Shown here: positions 1 to 9,223 of the stretch, one piece after another
Position numbering within the stretch: position 1 is the first letter of the stretch
Layout: every line of letters begins with the position of its first letter
NCBI RefSeq assembly: GCF_024460775.1
Contig: NZ_JANFYZ010000002.1
Location: 30,954-94,953, forward strand
Direction: 5' to 3'
Length of the DNA stretch: 64,000 nt
Source of the DNA: Desulfovibrio desulfuricans
GTDB lineage: Bacteria; Desulfobacterota; Desulfovibrionia; Desulfovibrionales; Desulfovibrionaceae
The notes under the pieces: generated by a model
Databases searched by the model: none
What the model was told of the DNA's origin: nothing
Seen by the model: the letters and a program-made list of their open reading frames with translations, nothing else
Made by a program: the position numbers and the translations under genes

Positions 1-48
1 ACGCTGGACCGCGCCGCCAACGAAAAAGTGGGCCGCCGCCAGGGTTAA
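1..48 (+). CDS. 3-prime end of an upstream CDS (partial; identity unresolved, flagellar neighbourhood)
   Basis: Frame 1 is open from the window edge to TAA at 46-48. Only 15 codons are visible, so the product cannot be named. Confidence 0.3.
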   Translation, partial: TLDRAANEKVGRRQG

Positions 49-107
49 CCGGTGATGGTTTAGCAGCAACCGGCAGCCGCGCTGGTTATGTATAAGGAGA
101 AATTCCC

Positions 108-893
108 ATGATGCGATCGCTTTGGACAGGCGCCACCGGCATGGTGGCCCAACAGCTCAATATCGACGTGATTTCCAACAACCTGGCCAACGTCAACACC
201 ACGGGCTTTAAAAAGAGCAGGGCCGAGTTTGAAGATCTCATGTACCAGACCATGCGTATGGCCGGCGCCATCACCGAGGGTGACAACCGCCTGCCTGTCG
301 GTATTCAGGTCGGTATGGGCGCTCGTCCCACGGCTGTGCACAAGTTTTTTACGCAGGGCGATTTTCAGAACACCGGCAACACTCTCGACGTAGCCATTGA
401 AGGCGACGGCTTTTTCCAGGTGGATGTGAACGGCGAGCTCATGTACACGCGCGCCGGTTCCTTCAAGCTCAATCAGGACGGCACAGTGGTCACCGCCAAC
501 GGCTATATTCTGCAACCGCAGTTTGCCGTGCCCGCGCAAACCAAGACCATCTCCATTTCATCCTCGGGCCACATGGCGGCTCTGGATGCGCAGGGGCAGG
601 AACTGGCCGGGGCCGAATTGCCGCTCTACACCTTTATCAATCCGGCTGGCCTTGATGCCCGCGGGCGCAACCTCTACACGCCCACCCAGGCTTCGGGTGA
701 TGCCACAGAAGGCGTACCCGGCACAGACAATGTGGGCACCCTGGCTCAGGGTTTTCTGGAAATGTCCAACGTGGAAGTTGTGGACGAAATGGTGAATATG
801 ATTGTGGGTCAGCGCGCCTATGAAGTGAACTCGAAGTCCATCCAGACATCAGATTCCATGCTGGGCATCGCTGTGCAGCTCAAGCGCAGCTAG
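108..893 (+). CDS. flgG: flagellar basal-body rod protein FlgG
   Basis: 261 aa. The N-terminal motif SLWTGATGMVAQQLNIDVISNNLANVNTTGFKKSRAEFEDL and the C-terminal MVNMIVGQRAYEVNSKSIQTSD are canonical FlgG/FlgE rod-family motifs. AGGAG RBS 8 nt upstream of ATG. Confidence 0.93.
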   Translation: MMRSLWTGATGMVAQQLNIDVISNNLANVNTTGFKKSRAEFEDLMYQTMRMAGAITEGDNRLPVGIQVGMGARPTAVHKFFTQGDFQNTGNTLDVAIEGDGFFQVDVNGELMYTRAGSFKLNQDGTVVTANGYILQPQFAVPAQTKTISISSSGHMAALDAQGQELAGAELPLYTFINPAGLDARGRNLYTPTQASGDATEGVPGTDNVGTLAQGFLEMSNVEVVDEMVNMIVGQRAYEVNSKSIQTSDSMLGIAVQLKRS

Positions 894-1032
894 GGCTGAT
901 TATTGTTGAAAATGTCTGTGTTGCGCTGATTTTGAAAAAATCCGCGCCACGCAAGGCTTACTGGGAAATGGCAGCAATGCTGCCGTCGTCATGCAGGTAT
1001 TTGAGCGTGAAAAGATTTTAGGGGTATGCGTC

Positions 1033-2262
1033 ATGCGGTTTTTGCAGGTCATATGTGCAGTGCGGGATGGTCAGGTGCTGCCTTTGCGCGCGCTTCTGGC
1101 TGCGGCTCTGGTGTGCTGCCTGTGGGCTACGGCTTCCGTGGCGGCTCCGCAGGGCGGCGTCCCCAGCGCCACATGGCAGGATAATGACCGCAACCATCGC
1201 CGTTCGCCCAATCAGATAGTCACACAGTTGCGCACTCCGCAGGCGCAGGCAGGGCAAATGCCCCTTGCGGACGATGCGCAGGATCAGCGGGCCGCCAAGG
1301 CGCGCAACCAGCTTGCCGCAGGCGAAGCCCCCGTGGCGCAGGATGGACAGCTGAACATGCTTGGCCCTGACGATTGGCGGCTCAAAATCCTTTCAGCAGC
1401 GGTCACCAATTCAGATATGGTTTTGCTGGGTGATATTGCTGTTCCGCTGGGGCAGATGGGGCAGGATACCTGGGCGCAACTGCGCGCGCAGCAGCTTTGG
1501 CCTGCGCCCCCGGAAGAAGGCAAACCCTTGCAGATCAGTCATTCCCGCCTTTCTCAGGCTTTGCGGCAGGCCTTGGGCAAGGATGTTGCCGGGCGGTGCA
1601 TTTTACCATCTTCGCTGGTGATTCAGCGCGGGGGGCTGGTGTTTCATGAGGAAGACCTGCGCTCCTACGTGGTCAAAAGTCTGACGCCGCAATTGTCCGC
1701 CATGCCGGGGCAGGTGGAGCTGAGCGATTTTCGGCTGCCGGATTACATTTTTTTGGCCCATGCGCAGCAGCGGGTGCAGCTTGAACCGGGCAAACTGTCG
1801 CCCGGCCGCGTGCCCTTGCGCTTTGCTGTGCAGGAAGTGGACGGCAATGTGCTCCGGCGCATTTCCGGCACGGTCAACCTCACGCTCTGGATAACGGCTC
1901 CTGCGGCATCGCGCCCCATGAACAAAGGGGAAGCCCTGGCGGCAGAGTCCGTCACCTTTATGAAGGTCAACGCCAGCCAGTTGCGTGATCTGCCGTGGGA
2001 TGGGCGCGGCGGCCCCTGGCAGGTGAACCGCGCGCTGAATACCGGCGAGCCAATTTTGCAAAGCGACCTTGTGAGCCAGTTGATGGTAAGGCGCGGTGAT
2101 GTGGTCAACCTCATCTATATAAAGGGCAACCTGCGCATTGCCACGCAGGCCCAGGCCCTGGCCGACGGCGAGCCGGGGGCCACCATTGCGGTACGAAATC
2201 TGCAAACCAAAAAACAGGTATACGCCATTGTCAAAGATGGCAGCACCGTGGAAATCCACTAG
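1033..2262 (+). CDS. flgA: flagellar P-ring assembly chaperone FlgA (long N-terminal extension; start uncertain, ORF opens at 991)
   Basis: C-terminal SAF-like FlgA signature GDVVNLIYIKGNLRIATQAQALADGEPGATIAVRNLQTKKQVYAIVKDGSTVEI. Hydrophobic signal-like segment LRALLAAALVCCLWATASVAA. Sits between flgG and flgH. Confidence 0.8.
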   Translation: MRFLQVICAVRDGQVLPLRALLAAALVCCLWATASVAAPQGGVPSATWQDNDRNHRRSPNQIVTQLRTPQAQAGQMPLADDAQDQRAAKARNQLAAGEAPVAQDGQLNMLGPDDWRLKILSAAVTNSDMVLLGDIAVPLGQMGQDTWAQLRAQQLWPAPPEEGKPLQISHSRLSQALRQALGKDVAGRCILPSSLVIQRGGLVFHEEDLRSYVVKSLTPQLSAMPGQVELSDFRLPDYIFLAHAQQRVQLEPGKLSPGRVPLRFAVQEVDGNVLRRISGTVNLTLWITAPAASRPMNKGEALAAESVTFMKVNASQLRDLPWDGRGGPWQVNRALNTGEPILQSDLVSQLMVRRGDVVNLIYIKGNLRIATQAQALADGEPGATIAVRNLQTKKQVYAIVKDGSTVEIH

Positions 2263-2289
2263 CGTTTAAAGGTGGAAGGAGAGGAGCAT

Positions 2290-3009
2290 ATGCAGGCACG
2301 ATACATAATACCCGTTCTGGCGCTGAGCTATCTGTTCTGCGTCGCCTGCGGCGGCAGCCCAACCCGGCGACCTGCACTGCATCCGCCGGTAACACCGCCA
2401 CAGGAATATCGGCAGGAGGCCAATTCGGCCAACAATCCGGGGTCGATTTTTGCCGCCAGCGAAACAGATACCCTTTTTGAAGACAGCCGCGCCCGGCGCG
2501 TCGGTGATATTGTTGTGGTCAAACTGGTGGAAAATACCAAGGCCCAGAACAAGGCAGAAACCACAGCCAACAAGAAAGGCTCCAACGATTACGAAGTTTC
2601 CGCCATGTTCAACAAGGATCACGCAGGCTTCATTCCCTTTGTCGCTGTGGGGCCGCAACCAGCGGTGGGCTTGCCCATCCTGAATACGGGGTCTACCAGC
2701 GGTCTGACGGCCACGGGCAAGACCAAGCGTGAGAACTACGTGACCACCTCTCTGGCCACGCGTGTGCTCCGGGTGTTGCCGGGCGGCCTGATGGAGATTG
2801 AGGGCGCGCGTGAAATCCGCGTCAACGAAGAAACGGAATACATGGTCGTGCGCGGCATGATCCGTTCCAAGGACGTCAGCGCCGACAACAGCGTTCTTTC
2901 CACCCAGATTGCGGACGCAAGCATTGAATATTACGGCAAGGGCGTGCTGGCCGACAAGCAGAAGCCCGGCTGGTTCACACGGCTTATGGATAACGTCTGG
3001 CCCTTCTAG
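2290..3009 (+). CDS. flgH: flagellar L-ring lipoprotein FlgH
   Basis: Lipoprotein signal with lipobox (LFCVACGG). FlgH core FEDSRARRVGDIVVVKLVENT. GGAGGAGAGGAG RBS before ATG at 2290. Confidence 0.92.
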   Translation: MQARYIIPVLALSYLFCVACGGSPTRRPALHPPVTPPQEYRQEANSANNPGSIFAASETDTLFEDSRARRVGDIVVVKLVENTKAQNKAETTANKKGSNDYEVSAMFNKDHAGFIPFVAVGPQPAVGLPILNTGSTSGLTATGKTKRENYVTTSLATRVLRVLPGGLMEIEGAREIRVNEETEYMVVRGMIRSKDVSADNSVLSTQIADASIEYYGKGVLADKQKPGWFTRLMDNVWPF

Positions 3010-3304
3010 ACGCTTCATCCACCGTATGGGATGATACCTGCACACCCCGTCAGCGCTGCATGCGTTGGCGGGGTGTTTGCGTGAAGTCACCAGAAAACGG
3101 CAAATTAGGTCCTAGTTCCTGATTGCAAAGGGTTAAAAAATTATAGAAAAATAGTCGTTATTTTTTTACTATTATATTTAAATAGTTATCTGAGCGGATA
3201 AAAAGAAATGCGCAAAAAATATGTGAAAAATTGCGCAGCTCCTTGACCTAAGGATTCTTCCATTCTATGTTGATCGCAGTTCATTGAGCCCGTAGGCTGA
3301 AGAG

Positions 3305-3340
3305 CAGGGGCTTTGCGCCGAAGCCCCTTGTTTGTTTTGT
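3305..3340 (+). terminator. rho-independent terminator-like hairpin (CAGGGGCUU-UGCGCCG-AAGCCCCUG) followed by UGUUUGUUUUG
   Basis: Perfect 9-bp GC-rich stem plus T-rich tail read directly from the sequence. Lies ~300 nt after the flgH stop, inside an AT-rich island. Confidence 0.5.
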
Positions 3341-3560
3341 CTGTGCCCCGCGAGGGATTTTGTGGGCAAAAACAAAAAAGCTCCTGAATCTTGCGATCCA
3401 GGAGCCCCGGCGGAGAGTGGATTCAAACACCCGTCTGGCAATGCCAGTTTCGGAGTGTCCATATACAAGTGCCAGCGTCATAAGACGTTGACGTTCTTGT
3501 TTGTTTTTCCAGCCTCCTCCTGCGAACCAGACTGTTCTGCCGCAGTCTGGTTCCTATCCA

Positions 3561-3597
3561 AGCCCCTCCGTTACCCACGGGGGGCTTTTTTATTAGC
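3561..3597 (+). terminator. rho-independent terminator (GCCCCUCCG-uuaccca-CGGGGGGC + UUUUUUAUU)
   Basis: 8-9 bp GC stem with one G-U pair, followed by a U6 tract, read directly from the sequence. Confidence 0.55.
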
Positions 3598-3901
3598 ATG
3601 CTCACGGTAAAACGCCAAGCCCTGTCTTTTCTCTATTCCTTCTTTGATAAAAAAGTAACAATTTCATTCTTATAACGGTTTGGTTATCAAAAGCGCCGCA
3701 TTGCTGTCGTTTGCTTGGCGCAAAATGGCTTTGGACGGGCAGTACGAGGTATCTGCTGTTGCATTGGATTCAAAGTGCGGTGGGTTTGCGAGTATTGGGT
3801 TTGTATTTCCACTGGCGGCAGGCCCTCTGGCCGTATTGCGCACGGTGGACGCAGGGCGTATAGTAGAGGACGTTTGTCGTAACCTTCAACCCTGCGGCGG
3901 C

Positions 3902-4705
3902 ATGCCGCTTGATATGACTGTACATGAAATTCGCGCTCGGCTGGCGGCAGACAAGGCCACAGTTGGCACATGGCTGCAATTGCCCTCGCCTGACGTGGCC
4001 GAGCTTATGGCCCGCGCCGGTTATGACTGGGTTGCTGTTGATATGGAACACGGCTCTTTTGGCCGCACCGGGCTGCCGGATGTTTTCCGCGCCATCGAAT
4101 GCGGCGGCGCGGCGCCTTTCGCGCGCCTTGGCGAAGCCAGCAAAACCCAGATCAAGGCCGCGCTGGAAGCCGGGGCTCAGGGGCTTATCTTCCCCATGAT
4201 TGAAAGCCGCGCGCAGCTTGACCGGGCCATTGATCTTTCAGTGTACACGGGGCAGGACACCTGGCGAGCTGCGGGTGAAACCGCGCCCGAATACCGCGGC
4301 GTGGGCTACTGCCGGGCCAACGTGTTTGGCAAAAATTTTGACGAGTACCGCGCCAGCCGCGCGCCCGAGATATTTTTGGTGGCCCAGATCGAGCACATCC
4401 GTGCAGTAGAAAATCTGGAGGCCATTCTGGCGCATCCCCGTCTGGATGCCATCATGGTCGGCCCTTACGATCTTTCGGGTTCCATGGGGCTTACGGGCCA
4501 GTTTGACCACCCGGATTTCAAAGCTGCCATGGCGCGGATTGCCCAAGGTTGCGCCAAGGCAGGCGCTCGCATGGGCCTGCACATTGTGCAGCCTGACCCA
4601 GCGGAGCTTGCGCGGCAGATTGCCGCAGGCAGCCGTTTTATCGCTTATGGCATTGATTCGGTCTTTTTGTGGCGGGCGGCTGAACGCCCCAATTCGGGAG
4701 AATAA
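3902..4705 (+). CDS. HpcH/HpaI-family class II pyruvate aldolase (2-keto-3-deoxy-sugar-acid aldolase family); start uncertain (ORF opens at 3680)
   Basis: VGTWLQLPSPDVAELMARAGYDWVAVDMEHGS, GAQGLIFPMIES and DAIMVGPYDLSGSMG are diagnostic HpcH/HpaI aldolase motifs. The upstream 74 in-frame codons have no domain-like content. Confidence 0.8.
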   Translation: MPLDMTVHEIRARLAADKATVGTWLQLPSPDVAELMARAGYDWVAVDMEHGSFGRTGLPDVFRAIECGGAAPFARLGEASKTQIKAALEAGAQGLIFPMIESRAQLDRAIDLSVYTGQDTWRAAGETAPEYRGVGYCRANVFGKNFDEYRASRAPEIFLVAQIEHIRAVENLEAILAHPRLDAIMVGPYDLSGSMGLTGQFDHPDFKAAMARIAQGCAKAGARMGLHIVQPDPAELARQIAAGSRFIAYGIDSVFLWRAAERPNSGE

Positions 4706-4707
4706 CT

Positions 4708-5622
4708 GTGAATATTACCGTCTTTGGCGGGTCCGGTTTTCTGGGCTCGCATATCTGCGACAAGCTTTCTGAAGCCGGGCATGCGGTCACCATTGTTGAC
4801 CTGCATCCCTCGCCATTTCTGCGGCCCGACCAGACAATGCTTGCAGGCAATATTCTGGATGAAGAAACCGTCAACCGCGCCGTTGCCGGTGCGGATATGG
4901 TCTTCAACTATGCTGGCATTGCCGACATCGGCGAGGCCAACAACCGCCCGGTGGATACTGCGCGCATCAACGTGCTGGGCAACGTCATGGTGCTTGAGGC
5001 CTGCCGCAAGGCTGGCGTAAAGCGCTATGTTTTTGCCAGTTCCCTGTACGTGTACGGAAAGTCCGGCGGTTTTTACCGTTGCAGCAAACAGGCCTGCGAA
5101 CTGTATATCGAAAACTATCAGGCCATGCACAACCTGCCGTACACCATCCTGCGTTACGGCTCGCTGTACGGCCCGCGTTCCGACCGCCGCAACGCCATCA
5201 ACAGGTTTGTTTACGAGGCGCTTGCCAACGGCGCCATCACCTACTACGGCGCGCCCACGGCCCTGCGCGAATACGTGCACGTGGACGATGCCTCGGCAGC
5301 CACCCTGGCCGTGCTTGATCCCGAGTTTGAAAACCAGAACATCATCATCTCTGGCAACCAGCCCATGCGCGTGGGTGATCTGTTCAAGATGATCGGTGAA
5401 ATGCTCGGCAAGGAACTGACCATCAATTATCAGAATGATCCCAACAGCGGGCATTATCAGGTCACGCCTTATGCCTTTATGCCCAAGGTGGGCCGCAAGC
5501 TGGTGCCGCCGCTGACCGTTGATCTGGGGCAGGGCATCCTGCGCGTGATGGAAGAGGAACACAAGGAGCTGCACCCTGAACTGGCGTCTGAGGGCGGGTA
5601 CCTCGTATCCACTGACGACTAG
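4708..5622 (+). CDS. NAD-dependent sugar epimerase/dehydratase (SDR family), GTG start
   Basis: N-terminal Rossmann motif VFGGSGFLGSHICDKL and SDR catalytic region YxxxK (YRCSK). GGGAG RBS. Follows the aldolase gene after a 2-bp gap. Confidence 0.85.
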   Translation: MNITVFGGSGFLGSHICDKLSEAGHAVTIVDLHPSPFLRPDQTMLAGNILDEETVNRAVAGADMVFNYAGIADIGEANNRPVDTARINVLGNVMVLEACRKAGVKRYVFASSLYVYGKSGGFYRCSKQACELYIENYQAMHNLPYTILRYGSLYGPRSDRRNAINRFVYEALANGAITYYGAPTALREYVHVDDASAATLAVLDPEFENQNIIISGNQPMRVGDLFKMIGEMLGKELTINYQNDPNSGHYQVTPYAFMPKVGRKLVPPLTVDLGQGILRVMEEEHKELHPELASEGGYLVSTDD

Positions 5623-5727
5623 ACCTGGGAACGGCAGTTGCTGCCGCATGGGCCTGCGCCCGTTTGCGGCATGATTGGATGCAGTTTTTTACGTACACAA
5701 ATTATTGAGGCCACAAGGAGCCGTCAG

Positions 5728-6498
5728 ATGAACATCATTGCCATCATTCCCGCGCGTATGGGGTCCAGCCGTTACCCCGGCAAACCGCTCGCCCTTATCC
5801 ACAACGTTCCCATGGTAGGGCATGTGGCCTTTCGCACGGCCATGAGCAAGTGCCTTTCCGCCACCTATGTGGCCACCTGCGACGAGATCATTGAAAATTA
5901 CTGCAAGGACGCCGGACTCAAGAGCGTCATGACGGGCGACCATCACGTGCGCTGCTCAACGCGTACCGCAGAAGCCCTGCTGAAGATCGAAGCCGCCACC
6001 GGGCAGAAGGCCGATATCGTGGTCATGGTGCAGGGCGATGAACCCATGGTGCGCCCCGAAATGATCGATGCCGCCGTGGCCCCTATGCTGGCTGATCCTT
6101 CCATCAACGTGGTCAACCTCATGGCCGATATGGATACCCTTGAGGAATTTGAAGATCCCAACGAAGTCAAGGTCGTTGTGGACCACTTCAACAATGCGCT
6201 CTATTTCTCGCGCGAGCCCATTCCTTCGCGCAAAAAGGGGTCGGACAAGGTGCCCATGCGCAAGCAGGTCTGCATCATTCCCTTCCGCCGCGACTATCTG
6301 CTGCATTTCAACGAAATGCCCGAAAGCCCGCTGGAAATTTATGAATCCGTGGACATGATGCGCATCCTCGAACACGGCGAAAAGGTGCACATGGTGCCCA
6401 CCGACTGCCGTTCGTGGAGCGTGGACACCCCTGAAGATCTGGCCCGCGTGGCCCGCCTCATGGAAGGCGATGATCTTATGAAGGAATACCGCAAGTAA
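5728..6498 (+). CDS. KdsB/NeuA-family CMP-ulosonic acid cytidylyltransferase
   Basis: Recalled similarity across the whole length to E. coli KdsB (CMP-Kdo synthetase): IIPAR..S.R.PGKPL, VQGDEPM, NPN.VKVV.D...ALYFSR..IP, H.V......VDTPEDL. AGGAG RBS before ATG at 5728. Confidence 0.88.
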   Translation: MNIIAIIPARMGSSRYPGKPLALIHNVPMVGHVAFRTAMSKCLSATYVATCDEIIENYCKDAGLKSVMTGDHHVRCSTRTAEALLKIEAATGQKADIVVMVQGDEPMVRPEMIDAAVAPMLADPSINVVNLMADMDTLEEFEDPNEVKVVVDHFNNALYFSREPIPSRKKGSDKVPMRKQVCIIPFRRDYLLHFNEMPESPLEIYESVDMMRILEHGEKVHMVPTDCRSWSVDTPEDLARVARLMEGDDLMKEYRK

Positions 6499-7278
6499 AT
6501 GGCGGGCGAGTTTAATTCCGCCCCCGAGCAAGGGGACAAGGCCGCTGACGGTTCAACAAGCGCAAGCGCCGTGGGAGCACAGACCCACGGCGCTGCCGCC
6601 GAAACCTCGGCACCGGCAGGGCAGTCTGCCCAGTCCGAAGCCAAGGCCGCCCAGCCAAAGCCGCATGCAGGGCCCGGGTTGTTCAGCCGGGTGTCGGCGG
6701 CGCTTGAAGAATTATGGCTGGCCAGCTTTGCCTGGATCCCCACGCCGGTGGGTCTTGCCTTGCGCCTGTTTGCCTGGCGGTGGCTTTTCAAAAGTTGCGG
6801 TTCGGCGCGTTTTGGCACTGGCCTGAGCCTTGCGGGCTGCCGCAACATGCGCATTGGCAACGGTGTGCGCATGGGGCGCGGCTGTTTTGTTACCGCCTCT
6901 GACGGCGAGCTTGTGCTGCACGACTGCGTGGCCCTCTCGCCCAATGTGCATGTGGGGGCAGATGCGGGCCGCATAGAAATCGGGGCGCATACCGCCGTGG
7001 GGCCAGGAACGGTTATCCGCGCGGCCAACCACTGCATTGCGCGGCAAGATGTGCCAATCATGCATCAGGGACATGTTCCCGGCCAGATTATTATTGAAGA
7101 AGACGTGTGGATTGGCGCCAACTGCGTCGTTACGCCAGATGTGCGCATTGGCCGCGGGGCTGTGGTGGGCGCTGGCGCTGTGGTTACGCGCAATGTGGCC
7201 CCCTTCAGTATTGTGGGCGGCGTTCCGGCCAAGCTTATAGGCATGCGTGGGCAGGGCGGTCAGAAGCACTGGGATTAA
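6499..7278 (+). CDS. hexapeptide-repeat (left-handed beta-helix) sugar O/N-acetyltransferase with an N-terminal low-complexity and hydrophobic extension
   Basis: C-terminal half carries repeated [LIV]G.xxx[IV] hexapeptides (IGNGVRMG, IGANCVV, IGRGAVVGAGAVV) and HxGH-like HQGH. N-terminal 80 aa are Ala/Ser/Gln-rich, followed by a hydrophobic segment. Confidence 0.75.
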   Translation: MAGEFNSAPEQGDKAADGSTSASAVGAQTHGAAAETSAPAGQSAQSEAKAAQPKPHAGPGLFSRVSAALEELWLASFAWIPTPVGLALRLFAWRWLFKSCGSARFGTGLSLAGCRNMRIGNGVRMGRGCFVTASDGELVLHDCVALSPNVHVGADAGRIEIGAHTAVGPGTVIRAANHCIARQDVPIMHQGHVPGQIIIEEDVWIGANCVVTPDVRIGRGAVVGAGAVVTRNVAPFSIVGGVPAKLIGMRGQGGQKHWD

Positions 7279-7357
7279 TGGGAGCCTTTCATGCTGAAAT
7301 GCTCTGGCTAGCGGAGGCCATGCGGCCCCGGACTCGAACAGCTTTTCAAGGAATATT

Positions 7358-7993
7358 ATGTCACTGCAATGCCTTGTTTTTGACTGCGATGGCGTCATTC
7401 TTGACAGCGTGCCCGTGAAAACACGGGCCTTTGGCCGTCTGATGGAACCGTTTGGCCCCGAGGCGCGCGACCGCTTTTTGATGTACCACAAGGTGCACGG
7501 CGGCGTGAGCCGTTACAAGAAGTTTGAGTGGTTTTATGAAGAGGTGCTGGGCAAGACCATAACCCCTGAGGAATCAGAGGGACTTGGCAACCGCTTTGCC
7601 GAATATGTGCTGGACGAACTGCGCCGTTGCGAGCTGATACCCGGCATTCAGGAAACGCTTGATTCCTGGCGCGGCAAGCTGCCCATGTTTGTCTGCTCCG
7701 GCGCGCCGCACGAAGAAGTGCTGGCCGTGCTGCGCGAGCGCAAGCTGGATGGCTATTTTGACGCCATCCACGGCTCCCCGCCAGCCAAGGCAGTGCTGCT
7801 GGCGCAGATTGTGAACACGCAGAAGCTTGACCCCGCCGATGTGCTCATGGTGGGCGACGCCCCCACGGACAGGGACGCAGCCGAAACCGTGGGTACGCTG
7901 TTTTACGGCGTGGGGCCGGAACTCAAGGGCGGCTCGTTCCCCTGGGGCGAAGACCTCACGGGCCTGAACTCCTGGATAGCTGCCCGCGCCTAG
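7358..7993 (+). CDS. HAD-superfamily (subfamily IA) phosphatase
   Basis: Motif I FDCDGVILDS, motif II-like S/T, and VGDAPTDRDAA (motif IV DxxxD). Size and cap are consistent with beta-PGM/phosphoglycolate phosphatase-like enzymes. Confidence 0.8.
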   Translation: MSLQCLVFDCDGVILDSVPVKTRAFGRLMEPFGPEARDRFLMYHKVHGGVSRYKKFEWFYEEVLGKTITPEESEGLGNRFAEYVLDELRRCELIPGIQETLDSWRGKLPMFVCSGAPHEEVLAVLRERKLDGYFDAIHGSPPAKAVLLAQIVNTQKLDPADVLMVGDAPTDRDAAETVGTLFYGVGPELKGGSFPWGEDLTGLNSWIAARA

Positions 7994-8082
7994 GTATCCA
8001 GCCTGCGGGCAGATTTGCAACCACATGTAACCGCTACTGAACGTCCTGCCTTACAATGCGGGACGTTCGCTCATATACGCCG

Positions 8083-9081
8083 ATGAAAAAAATAGTTCTC
8101 GCTCTGCTGCTGGCCCTGAGTGTGGCCCTGCTTGTGACCGCCTGCGATTCCGGCAAAAAGGAAGAAGAAGGCGCAAACGGCAAGCCCGTTGCCGGATCTA
8201 CCTCCAGCGCGCCTAAGGCGGAAACTGCGGTTCAGGCACAAGCTGTGGAAGAAGCAACCCCGCCTCCCAGCCCTGAAGAACTGGACAGGGCAGACCGGCT
8301 GGTGGCTTTTTCCAACGCAGCTTCCATGGCGCTGGCAACAGGGCGCTATGCCCAGGCCGATGTGCTGGCGGCCTACACCAAGTATTATCTGGCAGAGTGG
8401 CAACTGGCCAAACGCCCGGAGCTGAATACGGATCAGGATGCCGCCCTTGCCCGCCGCCTGACGCCCCCGGTCAGCCTTTTTACTCCTGAACAGGCCCAAA
8501 AAATGGCCGCCTGCGTGCAGGATATGAATAAAGCCATCGTAGACATGCGGGCTGATTATCGCCTGCTCGAAAAGTACGTGTCCGACGAGAGCATTCAGGA
8601 TAACGGCGTCAAGGGCAAGGCCCTGGCTGCGGAAATACTCAAGGAACATGCGGCCTTTATTGTTGCCCGCGATGCCTATATGGCGATTGTGGAGGGCGAG
8701 GCTGCCCCGGCAGAAGATATCTTGCTGCGCAACCACCCGCTCAAACGGCAAATTCAGGCTGCGGAACGCATTTTCGCAGTGTTTGGCAAAACTGCAACCC
8801 TGCTTACACCCAGCAAGCCCGACAGAGATGCGCTGAAGGCCCAGCGTGACGAGCTTGCTGCAGCCATTGCAGACGGCGGGCGGCCTCCCTTTATGGCAGC
8901 GCCGGAACTGGAGCGCCAGTACCGTGCTTTTCTCAAGCAGGCAGGCAGCTACGCGCAGCTTTTTGACCAGGGGCTTGAAGAAGAATTTTACGTTCCTGTA
9001 CGGTTTGAAATGAATAAGGCCGCTCTGGCAAGTCGGGCCGCCTACAATGATTTTGTCAAGGTTGCCAATCAGATGCGCTGA
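8083..9081 (+). CDS. hypothetical lipoprotein
   Basis: MKKIVLALLLALSVALLVTAC is a classic signal peptide plus lipobox. No recognisable domain in the rest of the protein. Confidence 0.6.
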   Translation: MKKIVLALLLALSVALLVTACDSGKKEEEGANGKPVAGSTSSAPKAETAVQAQAVEEATPPPSPEELDRADRLVAFSNAASMALATGRYAQADVLAAYTKYYLAEWQLAKRPELNTDQDAALARRLTPPVSLFTPEQAQKMAACVQDMNKAIVDMRADYRLLEKYVSDESIQDNGVKGKALAAEILKEHAAFIVARDAYMAIVEGEAAPAEDILLRNHPLKRQIQAAERIFAVFGKTATLLTPSKPDRDALKAQRDELAAAIADGGRPPFMAAPELERQYRAFLKQAGSYAQLFDQGLEEEFYVPVRFEMNKAALASRAAYNDFVKVANQMR

Positions 9082-9223
9082 CGAGTCAATGTTCTGACTG
9101 AGCGCGTTGACTCTTTTGTAACGTGCTGTAATTTAATGATTAGGTTTGTTTGGCAAGGCCTTTGCAGTTTGAATGTAAACGGGTGTCAAATACCCGAACA
9201 TCCATCTGATCTGGAGGTTCAGC

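Noticed and set aside
523-893. Small ORFs (90 aa on +, 70 aa on -) inside flgG
   Set aside because: They are alternative frames of a well-supported flgG, Pro/Arg/Trp-rich high-GC artefacts.
3396-3460. Possible tRNA/tmRNA-like T-arm (GGATTCAAACACC) in the AT-rich island after flgH
   Set aside because: No acceptor stem, D-arm or anticodon arm could be hand-folded on either strand. The tmRNA hallmark ends (GGGG... and ...CCA after a proper T-arm) are absent.
3680-3901. 74-codon in-frame N-terminal extension of the HpcH aldolase ORF
   Set aside because: It has no RBS, and HpcH-family enzymes start close to the VGTWLQL region. The extension has no domain-like sequence. It is kept only as start uncertainty, with a possible structured 5-prime leader.
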